Below, piece by piece: positions 52,028 through 64,000 of a stretch of 64,000 nt of DNA. Below the pieces are notes generated by a model, which had not been told where the DNA came from, ran no database searches, and saw nothing but the letters and a program-made list of their open reading frames with translations. Source of the stretch: Chiloscyllium plagiosum (taxonomy: Eukaryota); the NCBI RefSeq assembly GCF_004010195.1, contig NC_057749.1, positions 12,615,180 through 12,679,179 of the forward strand, given 5' to 3'. Within the stretch, counting starts at the first letter, position 1. Each line of letters starts with the position of its first letter. Made by a program: the position numbers and the translations under genes.

Positions 52028-54065
52028 ACATAGAACATAAAGTAAACACAGTACAGGCCCTTCAGCCCACGATGTTGTGCCAAAGATTAATCCTAATTTA
52101 AAATAAAATAACCTAACATACGTTCCCCTCAATTCACTGCTGTCCATATGCATGCCCAGCAGTCACTTAAATGTCTCTAATGACTCTGCTTCCACCATTA
52201 CCACTGGTAATGCATTCCATGCGCTCACAAATCTGTATAAAGAACCTACCTCTGATGCCTCCTCTATACCTTCCTCCTAACACATTAAAACTATGACCCC
52301 TCATCGCAGTCAATCCTGCTCTGGAGAAAAGTCTCCGGCTATTGATGCATTTTGGAAGGTCGAATTTGAATGCTGAATATAGGATTAAAGACAGAATTCA
52401 AGACAGGATTCTTGACAGTGCGGAGGAAGTTGCCTCTCATTACCTTGTATATCTCGATCAGGTCACCTCTCTTCCTCCTTCTCTCCAGTGAGAAACATCA
52501 GAGTTCAGTCAACCTCTCCTCATAAGAGAATCCCTCCAGTTTGGTAAACCTCCTTTGTACCATTGTGAAAGCCTCCACATCTTTCCTATAATAGGGCGAC
52601 CAGAACTGGGCACAATATTCCAAGTGTGGTCTCTCCAGGGTTTTGTAGAGCTGCAGCAAAACCTCTCAGTTCTTAAACTCAACCTCCCTGTGAATGAGAG
52701 CCAAAACACCATATGCTTTCTTTAGAACCCTATCCATTTGGGTTGCAACTTTGAGGGATCTATGCACTTGAACACCAACTTCCTCCATACTGTCAAGAAT
52801 CCGGTCTTGAATTCTGTCTTTAATCCTATATTCAGCATTAAAGTTCGACCTTTCAAAATGCATTACTTCGCATTTATCCAGGTTGAACTCCATCTGCCAT
52901 TTCTCAGCCAGCTCTGCATACTGTCTATGCCACACTGCAGCCTGCAATAGCCCTCGATACTATCAACGGCACCTCCAACCTTACTAACTTAATAACCCAC
53001 CCCTCAACCTCGTCATCCAAGTCATTTATAAAAACTACAAGAGCAGAGGCCCAAGAACAGAGCCCTGCAGGACCCCACTCAGAATACTTTCCATCTACAA
53101 CCACTCTCTGCCTTCTGTCAGCCAACCACTTCTGAATCCGGATAGCCAAACTCCCTGTATCCCGTACCTCCTTTATGATTGAGGCCACTGTGGGGAATCT
53201 TATCAAATGCCTTGAAGTCCATGTACACCACATCCACTACTCAACCTTTGTCAACCTGCCTCGTCACCTCCTCAAAAGAATTCAGTAAGATTTGAGAGGC
53301 AGGGCCTGCCCCGCACAAAGCGATGCTGACTGCCTTTACTCACACTATGCTTTTCCAGATAGTCATAAATCCTATTCCTCAGGATTTCTTTCCAAAACCT
53401 TGCTGACCACAGATGTCAGACTGACAGGTCTGTAATTGCCAAGGATTGTCCTATTTCTCTTCTTGATAAGAGGAACAACATTTGCCTCCTTCCAATGCTC
53501 CAGTACGACTCCCATGGAGAGTGAGGAAGCAAAGATCTTCACCAGCAGCTTAGCAACCTCCTTTCTTGCTTCCCAGATCAACCCAGGATAAATCTGGTCT
53601 GGCCCTGGGAACTTATCAATCTTAATGCTTGCCAAAGATTCCTTAACAGCAGCTTCCTCGATCGCGATCTGTTCAAGCTTGTTTCCCTGTTCCTCAAAGT
53701 TCTCATTTACAACAAGGTCCATTTCCTTAGTGAAAACCGAAGCAAAAAACTCATTTAGGGCTTCCCCATCTGCTCAGATTCCACACACAAATTCCCTACA
53801 CTATCCCTGATCAGCTCTACCTTCTCCCTGATAATTCTCTTATTCCTCACATATGAGTAAAATGCCTTTGGGTTCTCCCTAATCTTTCCTGTCAGGCCTT
53901 ATTCACGCCCCCTCCTGGCTCTCCTTCCTAACCAGCCTGAAACCCTCTAAAGCTGTGAGAGACCCTTGCCTTCATTACATTACATAAGCTGCCTTCTTCC
54001 TTTTGAGAAGAAGCTCCTCTGATCTTGTCATCCAAAGTTCCTTAATCTTACCCCTTCTTGCCTTA
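52028..54065 (-). mobile_element. CR1 LINE, 5'-truncated
   Basis: RT ORF fragments 52509-53722. Close paralog of 54608-56745. Confidence 0.9.
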
Positions 54066-54607
54066 TTTACTTCGACCTTAAAAATATTCAATGACCATAT
54101 CCAATCACTGTTTAGGGAAGAGAGTTTGAAAGACACAATCGTCAGGGGTAAAAAAGTGCTTATCTCAGTCTTAAATGGGAAACTCCGTAATTTTAAACTG
54201 TTTCTCATCACTCCTGGCAGGAGAAGCATTCTCTCTATCAACTTTTCTCATGGTCTTATAGGTCAGTAAGATCAGCTCACATTCTTCGAAACTTCAACTG
54301 TTTGCCCCAACCTTAAGCATAGCTCCTGAGAAAACCACCCATACACAGTTACTCCAAACTGCCTCCCATGTATTTTCATCTTTTACAGAAGGTGACTAAA
54401 ATTGTACACAGTACTTCAGCTACGATCTCACCAAAATCCTGGACAACTGTAGCAAGATATATCTACATTTATATTCTATTCCTCTTGCAATAAATGGCAA
54501 CATTCCAGTTGCCTTCCTCATCACCTAATGTTCCTGTACCAAATTTTTGTGATTCAGGTACCATGACACCCAGATTTCTCTGTACTTCACTTTTGCAATC
54601 TGCCTTT

Positions 54608-56745
54608 AGAACATAGAACATAGAACAGTACAGCATAGAACAGGCTCTTCAGCCCACGATGTGGTGCCGACCACTGATGCACATGTATGCACCCTCAAAT
54701 TTCTGTGACGAGATGCATGTCCAGTAGTCTCTTAAATGTCCCCAATGACCTTGCTTCCACAACTACTGCTGGCAACGCATTCTATGCTCTCTCAACTCTC
54801 TGGGTAAAGAACCCGCCTCTGACATCCCCTCTATACTAGCCTCCAACCAGCTTAAAACTATGACTCCTCGTGTTAGTCATTTCTGCCCTGGGAAATAGTC
54901 TCTGGCTAACGACTCTATCTATGCCTCTCATTATCTTGTATACCTCAATTAGGTCCCCTCTCCTCCTCCTTTTCTCCAATGAAAAAAGTCCGAGCTCAGT
55001 CAACCTCTCTTCATAAGATAAGCCCCCCAGTCCAGGCAGCATCCTGGTAAACCTCCTCTGAACCCTCTCCAAACCATCCCCACTTCCTTCCTATAATAGG
55101 AATACTGCGTCCAGTTCTGGTCGCCCAAGTGCGGTCTAACCAAAGTTTTATAGAGCTGCAACAAGATCTCACGACTCAAACTCAATCCCCCCGTTAATGA
55201 AAGCCAAAACACCATACGCTTTCTTAACAACCCTGTCCACTTGGGTGGCCATTTTAAGGGATCTATGTATCTGCACACCAAGATCCCTCTGTTTCTCCCC
55301 ACTGCCAAGAATCCTATCCTTAATCCTGTACTCCGCTTTCAAATTCGACCTTCCAAAATGCATCACCTCGCATTTATCCAGGTTGAACTCCATCTGCCAC
55401 CTCTCAGCCCATCTCTGCATCCTGTCAATGCCCCGCTGCAGCCTACAGCAGCCCTCTATACTGTCAACGACACCGCCAACCTTTGTGTCATTTGCAAACT
55501 TGCTGACCCATCCTTCAATCCCCTCATCCAAGTCATTAATAAAAATTACAAACAGTAGAGGCCAAAGGACAGAGCCCTGTGGAACACCACTCACCACCGA
55601 CTTCCAGGCAGAATATTTTCCTTCTACTACCACTCGCTGTCTTCTGTTGGCCAGCCAATTCTGTATCCAGACAGCTAAGTTCCCCTGTATCCCATTCCTC
55701 CTGACCTTCTGAATGAGCCTACCATGGGGAACCTTATCAAATGCCTTGCTAAAGTCCATATACATCACATCCACAGCTCAACCCTCATCAACTTTCCTAG
55801 TCACATCCTCAAAGAACTCGATAAGATTTGTGAGGCATGACCTGCCCCTCACAAAGCCATGTTGACTGCATTTAATCAAGCCTTGCTTTTCCAGATGGTC
55901 ATAAATTCTATCCCTCAGAATCCATTCTAACACCTTGCAGACGACAGACGTGAGACTTACTGTTCTGTCATTGCTGGGGATTTCCTTATTTCCTTTCTTG
56001 AAGAAAGGAATTACATTTGCCTCTCTCCAGTCCTCAGGTACGACTCCAGTGGAGAGCAAGGATGCAAAGACCTTCGCAAGTGGCGAAGCAATTGCATTTC
56101 TTGTTTCCCAAAACAGCCGAGGACAAATCTGGTCCGGGCCTGGCGACTTGTCAATCTTAATGCTTGACAAACTTTTCAGCACATCAGCTTCCTCTATCTC
56201 TATCCATTCCAGTATGCACACCTGCTCTTCAAAGGTTTCATTCACTACAAAGTTCATTTCTTTCGTAAAGACAGAAGCAAAAAACTCATTTAGGGCTTCC
56301 CCTACCTCCTCAGACTCCACACACAAATTCCCTATGCTATCCCTGATCGGCCCTACTTTCTTTGACCATTCTCTTATTCCTCACATAAGTGTAAAATGCC
56401 TTTGGATTCTCCCTAATCCGTTCTGCCAAGCCTTTCTTGTGCCCCCTCCTGGCTCTCCACAAACCATTTTTGAGCTCCTTCCTCGCCTGCCTGTAATCCT
56501 CTGGAGCTGAGCTTGACCCTAGCTTCCTCCACCTTATGTAAGCTCTTTCCTTTTGACGAGAAGCTCCACCGCTCTCGTCATCCAAGGTTCCTTTATCTAG
56601 CCACTTCTTGCCTATCTCAGAGGGTCATATTTATTCATCACTTGCAACAACTGTTCCTTAAAGAGTCTTCACATGTCTATAGAGCCTTTACCATGGAACA
56701 ATTGCTCCCAATCCATGCTTCCTAACTCATGTCTAATTGCATCTT
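54608..56745 (-). mobile_element. Relatively young CR1 LINE, 5'-truncated
   Basis: Long RT ORFs 55169-55774 and 55778-56326. (TTCTATG)n-type tail at 54608-54627. Confidence 0.93.
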
Positions 56746-58450
56746 TATTTAAATAATGTGCTGTTCTATTATTCCTGACAAAGTGAGAGAGTTCACATTT
56801 TCCTACATTAATATTCCAGCTGCCAATTCTTGGCCTACTTGCTTATCCTATCTATACTCCTTTGCAGCCTCATTTCCTGTTCATAATTTACTTTCCAACA
56901 TATCTCCGCATAATCAAGAAATTTAGCAACAATACATTCAGACCTTTTATCCAAGCAATTGATATTAATTGTGAAATTAATATCAACAATCAGACCTGTG
57001 GCACACCAGTCTTCCAATTTGGAAAAAAACCCATTACGCTCACCTTCTGCTTTTCAAATAGCTAACTAATCCTCTACACGTAACCTTTAATGAAGCACTT
57101 TTCCAGAAGACTTCTGTCAATCTAAGTACACGACATCCAGAAGTTCTTCTTTATCTCATTTCCTCTTTTATTACTTCCTCAAAGAACAAGCAATTAGTCA
57201 AACATTTCCCTTTCACAAAAGCATGGTGACTTTGTCTGGTTAAGACTGAGTGCCCTGTTATAACCTACTTATTAACAGATTCTAGCATTTTCCAATGATA
57301 GATGTTAGTCAGGCCTTTAGTTCCTTACTTTATGTCTCGGTTTTACTTGCAATTTTCCAGCCTGACAGGACTTTTACAGAAAAGATCATTTTGGAAAATT
57401 AAAACCAATGTGTTTACTAATTCTTCCTGTAACATCCTGCGATGGAGTATTTTAGAACTAGGACACTTTTCAGAATTTAATTTTCTCAATATCCTTTCTC
57501 TAATGGTTGATTGTTTTAAATTTATTGCTCCCTTTCACATTTGGATTTAAATTTATTGCTTGGATATTGTTGACATTGAAAACTTAAATATGTATTTAAT
57601 TCATCTATTTTCTTATTTTCTATGATTAATTCCCCAGACTAACACTCGAGGACTAACTTGCACTTTACTCAGTTTTTCTTTTTAAGTATTTACAGAAACA
57701 CTCCATATCTATTTTTATAATTCTCACTAGCTTTCTCTTGCTGGAATTTTTCCTTCATTACTAATCTTTGTCATTCTTTGTTGCTTTTTATATTCCATCC
57801 ATTCATTTTTGCTTTCTCTTCAATTCACTACTAGCTTTAGCTTCCTTAGCTAGTCACAGGGAATTGATTCTAAGGCAGGGATGTTTCTTTCCAATTCTTT
57901 CTTCTCTCTCAAGTCAAACTAGATGTGGAATTCAACCATATTATGATCACCATCTCCTAGGGACACTTTTACGAGGTGCTTCATCAACCTTGACTCATTG
58001 CACACTGTCAGATCTTGTCCTTTATAGCCTTCCCTTAGGTTGATTCTAGAGCATGCCAAAAACATAGTACCCAAGCTACCTTTACTAATTTGATTCATCC
58101 AATCTATACATGGATTAAAATTACTCATGATCTTTGCAATACCTTTCTCACAAGCCCTCAGTATTTTTTCCTGTACAGCTAATCCTAAAATGTGGTTGCA
58201 GTTAGGGGATGTATAAACCAGTCACACAAGTAGCCCCATATCTATACTATTTCTCATCTCTATCTAAACTGATTCAATAACTGATTCTCTAGAAATAATG
58301 TATTCTCTCTCCACTGTACCGATGGCCTTCCTTAATTAGCAGAACTACCCCATCACCTTTTCCTAGCTTCCAATCTTTTCTAAATGTGATCCTCCCTTGA
58401 ATCATCAGGTTTCAACCCTTTATTATCTTGCAGTCATGTGTCTAACAACT
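56746..58450 (-). mobile_element. Old, highly decayed CR1 (further parts at 54066-54607 and ~51880-52027)
   Basis: Residual RT/APE similarity (LGDGDHNMVEF; GRITFRK-like 5' ORF2). Confidence 0.65.
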
Positions 58451-60374
58451 ACTAAACCATACATATTTATATCTATTGGGATTGTCAATTCATCCGTTTT
58501 GTTACAAATGCTACATACTGTCAAATAGAGTAACTACTATTTTTGTAGTCTCCATCCTTAGCCACTGCTGCACTCTTATGTTTGAGCTCTGGCCCTTTGA
58601 TGGTTTCAGATCATTTCTCTTATTGCTATCTCAATTTTTTGCCTTGTCCTACTTAGTTTATTAAATCTTCCCAAGTCTAATCCCTCATATCCACAAGTGT
58701 CTAGTTAGAAAGCACCAAGCTTCATAAACAGTATGGTTTGGATGACATGATATGGTTAAAATGGTTAGGAACAATATACAATGATACTCCATTACTTAGC
58801 TTGATTGCAATATTTGCCTGTTATTTCTTATTATCTTTAATGTTTAGCAGAATCAGTCTTGCAAGGAAACTTACTTGTAGATCTGTACTCCCTGTACTTT
58901 TTCTATTTATTAGTCATACAGCATGGCAACCCTTTGGTCCAACTAGTCCATACTGACCAAGTTTCCCAAACTAAACTAGTCTCACATGCCTGTGTTTAAT
59001 CCTTTCAATAGTAAAGATATTTATTGTTACAGTAACAGTCAAAGACAAGTGCTCAATAAACTTGTACCATGAAAAAATTGTGACAACTGTTTTACTCAGA
59101 TCGCAAAAATTTGAATAGTTGTCATTCTTACTTCCTGTGAGAGTCCACTGACTTGAAATTGGCAAGTGAGTTTTATTTCAAAACTTTACTTTGTTGGTAA
59201 AAGCAAACAGGAACTGTAACAAAACACTGGATTACCTCGATTAAATCAATAGGAATTTTAGTTGTCACACACAAATGGTAAACTCACAAATGGTGATTCT
59301 GAAACTCGATCTAGTGTTTGATGGCACAAGTTCAGTTAAAGTCAAACAAAAGTATTGAATTTATTGTCAGAAGTCCATATTTATGATGCAGACACAAACA
59401 CACAGAGTCTAGTTTTCTTAGTATTAAAATGAATGACTCTGAAGCAAGGTCTTAAAGAATCAAGAGCTTTATTTGTTTATATTAAAGTAAAGTAAAATTG
59501 CAGTTTGGTTCAGACACTAACACGGTCACTCGAGTCAGGACGTTATGGGTTCAAATCCAAAATATAGCTGAGTGGTTGGTTTAAAAGGATCTCATACAAC
59601 TGCCTCCATGGCAACTATGGATTGGTAATAAATGCTGAGTTTGCACCCCAGTGAAACACATATCTCCAAGATTAATTATTTTAAAATGTAAACTAAGTGA
59701 TTAAAAAGCTCGATGTGACAGCAGAGAAAATGTCTGCCTGAGCAGGTGGATATAAAAAAAGCCACAGCACCATTTGTAGAACTGAGAGCCACGTCCTAGC
59801 AAATATCCCTACAAAGCCTTTGACTATCCAACACACAGCAAATAGTAATCTGTTACTTGAGGCATACAGCTTCTTACATATTGACTGCACATGTCCCTAC
59901 ACAATGCTCTAACTCTACTTCTAAAATATAAACCACTGGTCATTGAGTTTGCACATCCTAAAGCAAACACAACACTAAAATGACAATGGGAAATCCTTAA
60001 CAAACAACAAATAGAGCTCCACAACAGCAACACTACAAGTAGTTCACAAGGTCTGCTGATAAGCTGATAACTCCCTCACAACTTCAAGATGACCTCAAAA
60101 ATGTTATCTTCAGTTAAAAACATATAAAAATATATACTGGGTGCAGCCTTAAACATCAATTCACAGAATCAAAGCCCATGGGTTAGCCAGACCATTACGA
60201 TCCAAGCTAGCTTCTTAACAGGAGCTACCCACTGTAATCATATTCAGAAGAACCTTGTAGACAATGTGAAACATAATTCAAAGATAGAAGGGCTAAGACT
60301 CTCACTGAAGCACTTTCCCAAAGCTAAAGTCTAGGGACCTCCAGCCTTGTCCACAACCCCCAATGCTTCTTTAC

Positions 60375-60432
60375 CTCCTGGGCATCCCTGGCAGCCTTTG
60401 CATCATCTTCATTGTAACGATTGCAGTTATAC
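60375..60432 (-). CDS. ARIH1: ARIH1 coding exon (RING2-Ariadne linker)
   Basis: (W)YNCNRYNEDDAKAARDAQE. 58 bp, ttttag acceptor, gtaaa donor. Confidence 0.96.
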
Positions 60433-61024
60433 CTAAAAACAGGTTTGGTGGTGGGGGAGTGGTTTGGGGAGGAGGTGAGGTAGATGGCGAGGGAGAAGAA
60501 AAAATGGTTTCATTTCAGCTTCAATAGCAAAACAAAATAACAAATGTATAATATTAAACTTGACATGTCCATTTATAGCTTTCTTCACCAGTTTAGGAAA
60601 TTTTCTTTTATGAAGCACCATGAACAGGCCAAAACAATACTGAACATTCCTGTTGAAAGATTACTTGAATCCATTGATTCATTTCTTCCCCAGATCTACT
60701 AGCTGCACCAAGAGACTCACTCTCTTCCTGTATAAGGCCAGATTAGTCAGAGTTCTTCACTGCAACTTTCAGCATAAAACCCTTCCATTGATTTGGAGTA
60801 GGAATGTTTCTTCAGTGGATGAAAGCCTTACCTGCCATATATTGAAAGCAATACCTTTACTACAGAGAACCTTCAATCACTTATCTTGCCTAGATTCAAA
60901 TCTGGATCACAGAGATAATAATAGCATTGCTCTATATTACATAACCCAGCACCCAAAACAACTCAAATCCTTGAACATACTAAACTTCTTCAATGTACAG
61001 GAGTGGTGTGACTGAAAGACTAAC

Positions 61025-61155
61025 CAGGCAGATCCATGTGGCTCCCAGGGTCCAAGGCAGACCCAACAGAATTCCGCTTTACAATTCTGATTGCGACAAA
61101 CCATATGATTGCACCCACCATCCTTTTCAATGGTCACATGGCATTTCGGACATTC
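61025..61155 (-). CDS. ARIH1: ARIH1 coding exon, RING2/Rcat domain of the RBR E3 ligase
   Basis: [43 protein letters not shown](W), including the catalytic GGCNHM motif. 131 bp, aacag acceptor, gttag donor. Upstream exons lie beyond 64000. Confidence 0.97.
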
Positions 61156-61824
61156 CTGTTGAAACAGTTATGGTATGTTAACAAAAAGTAAAGATCCAAT
61201 AAATTTAAGTAACATATGTTTAATATGGTAATGCTCTCTAATCAACTACATACCAAGACCAATGAATTAGTAAACCACACTGAGAAATCAGTCCTCAAGT
61301 TAAGGGCAGTGATTAGCAGTTAGATGCACTCAAGATATGCTCCAGTTATTATTTTACTTTAAGAGCCCTTTATGCCCTAAGTTTCATGAGAACTACACGC
61401 TTTCTGGGGAAGAAGTAACATGTCTATTCTCGAACACTACTGTTCTTGTACTTGATCTGAATTGGAACAGACTGTTGTTGACCAGTCTCCCTCAAGCCTT
61501 CCCATGTGATAAAATGAGTACTTTACACCATTACAGCAGATAGATTTGAGTTTCAACCCACAGTTTGTGTACAGGACGTAGTCTGCATCAATAGACATAG
61601 CATACAGGTATAAAACAAAGAACCGTAGCCCAGCCCAATCATTTTTGTAAAATGCAGTTGTAATTATACAGAAGATTATTCAAAATATTAAGGGACCATA
61701 GCAAATTGGATTAACAATTAGTTAGGAGGAAACAGGCTATGATTTAAGGTGAAAGTGAGGACTGCAGATGCTGGAGATTATGATTTAAGGTGTTGTGCAC
61801 AGTGGTTGGATAAGGGCAGCAGCG

Positions 61825-64000
61825 TTCTGAATAAAGAATATACAGCACAGGGACATTTGCTTTGGCCCACCAAAACTTTGCCTTTCTAAACTAAAACCCT
61901 TTTACCTCAGCATGGTTTCATATCCCTTGAATCTGTCTATTCATGTATCCATCAAGATGCCTCTTAAATGTTGCTATTGTTATCTGCCTCCACCACCACC
62001 TCTGGCAACACATTCCAGGCCCTTACCAGTGTGTTTAAAAAAAAACCTGCCTTTCACATCTCCTTTTAAGTTAAACCTATGTGCCCCATTAACTGCCCTA
62101 GTAACTATACTGGGGAAAAAGACTCCAACTATCCATACCTCTCAATTTTGCAAGCTTCCATCAGATTGCCCGTCTTCCTTCAGCATTCAAGTAAAAATAA
62201 TGCAAGCTTGTCCAATCTCTCTTCATAGCTAATACCCTCCAAACCAAAATACATCCTGGTAAATCATTTGTGTACCTTCTCCAAAGCTGCCACATCCTTC
62301 TGGTAGTGTAGCAACCAGAACTGTGCAAAACATTCCAAATTTGACCTAAAGTTCTATACAACTGCAACATGACTTGCCAATTTTTTTCCTGAGCTCTGAC
62401 TGATGAAGGCAAGCATGCTATATGCTTTCTGACCACTTGTGTTGACACTTTCAGGGAATGGTGAATCTGTATGCCTCGATCACTCAGTATGTTGATGCTA
62501 TTAAAAGGATTCTACTATTTGCTGTATATTCCTCTCGTGCATTAAATCATCCAAAATACATATATAAGACAACAGGGATCGCAGTACTGATCCCTGCAGT
62601 ATACCACTGGTCACTCCAGTCAGAAAAATACCCTTTCAACCTTATTCTGTCTTTTATGACAATGCCAGATCTGCATCCATCTCATCAGCCCACTGCAGAT
62701 CCAACGTGACAGCACCTTTTGGAAAAGCACAGCAGGGTCAGGCAGATCGGAGGAGCAGCAGAGTTGACGTTTTGGGCATTCCTGATAAAGGGCTTATACA
62801 CGAAATGTCAACTCTCCTGCTCCTTGGAAAGTGCCTGACCAGTTGTGCTTTTTCAGCACCACACTGTTCAACTCTGACTCTCCAGCATCTGCAGTCCTCA
62901 CTCTCCACCCTTCCTATCAGCCTGCCATGATGGACCTTGTCAAAGGCCTTGCTAAAGTCCTTATAGACAATAACGATTACCCCGCCCTCAATTATTTTTG
63001 TCACTTCCACAAAAATTCAAATTAAGAGTCAGACGGCATGGAAACAGACACTTCTGTCCAACAATCCGCACTGATTATGTTCCCAAACTAAACCTGCCCC
63101 TCCTGCCCATGCTCGGCCTCAATTCCTCCAAGCCTTTCCTGTCTATAAACTTGAGGGCAGAGTGGTGGATGTGACCTATATAGAATTCAGTAAGGAGTCT
63201 CACAAGGTTCACAGTAGACTGGTTAGCAAGGTTGGATGTCATGGAATACAGGGAGATCTAGCCATTTGGACACAGAACTGGCTCAAAGGTGGTGGTAGAG
63301 GGTTGCTTTTCAGACTCGAAGCCTGTGACCAGCCATTTGCTACAAGAATCAGTGGTGGGTCCATGAATGGTTTGGATATCAGCATAGGAGGTACAGTAAG
63401 TTTGCAGGCGACACCAAAATTGGAGGTGTAGTGGACAGCAAAGGACGTTACCTCAGAGTACAACAGGATCTCGATCAGATGGACCAATGGGTCGAGAAGT
63501 GGCTGATGGAGTTCAAGTTAGAAAAACATGAGGTCCTGCATTTTGGAAAGGCAAATCAAGGCCAGACTTATACACTTAATGGTAAAGTCCAGAGGAGTGT
63601 TACTGAACAAAGAGACCTTGGAGTGCAGGTACGTAGTTCCTTGAAAGTAGAGTCGCAGGTCAATAGGATAGAGATGAAGGCACTTGGTATGCTTGCCATA
63701 TAGGTCTGTGCATTGAGTATAAGAGTTGGGAGGTCATGCTGTGGCTATCCAGCACATTGGATAGGCCACTTATGGAAGACTGCATACCATTCTGGTTTCT
63801 CTGCAATAGGAAGTATGTTGTGAAACTTGAAGAGGTTCAGAAAAGATTTACAAGAATGTTGCCAGGGTTGGAGTGTTTGAGTAGAAGAAGCTCCCTGCAG
63901 TGTCAAAGACTGAGGGGCAACCTTAGAGGTTTATAAAATTATGAAAGACATAATTATGAAATAGGGTAAATAGACATGGTCTTTTCCCTGGGGTAGGGAA
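61825..64000. mobile_element. CR1 fragments (minus ~61825-63010, plus ~63150-64000) with a nested Penelope remnant at ~62715-62905
   Basis: DFSKAFDKV, QQDLDQM and VQKRFTRMLPGLE motifs. Confidence 0.85.

Noticed and set aside
59600..59616. Second X-box-like CCATGGCAAC
   Set aside because: Only one good half-site, deep in an ARIH1 intron, within what looks like a decayed repeat.

Overview
Eukaryotic genomic DNA, very probably from an elasmobranch (shark). This is inferred from HE1-type V-SINEs and the CR1/Penelope/Rex1 repeat landscape. Two intron-containing genes lie in tandem on the minus strand. ARIH1 contributes its last five coding exons (RING2 and Ariadne domains, 61155->44222) and a roughly 4 kb, almost repeat-free putative 3' UTR. 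BBS4 follows, with a CpG-rich promoter carrying an RFX X-box at ~39700 and eleven coding exons that match human exons 2-12 (31263->1733); the gene continues past the left edge. Every called exon has an AG acceptor, all but the terminal ARIH1 exon have a GT donor, and the phases join in frame. Introns are filled with decayed CR1 LINEs, a Rex1/Babar LINE, Penelope-like fragments, SINEs, Tc1/mariner-type MITEs and a 1.3 kb 32-33 bp minisatellite. There are two N gaps. No prokaryotic system, CRISPR array or novel protein-coding system is supported. The most interesting non-genic signals are (1) minimal hammerhead-ribozyme cores in at least three Penelope-type repeat families, (2) a minisatellite that appears to derive from a SINE internal segment split by nested insertions, and (3) several small templated rearrangements. 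Repeat boundaries are approximate, and family assignments come from motif recognition, not database searches.
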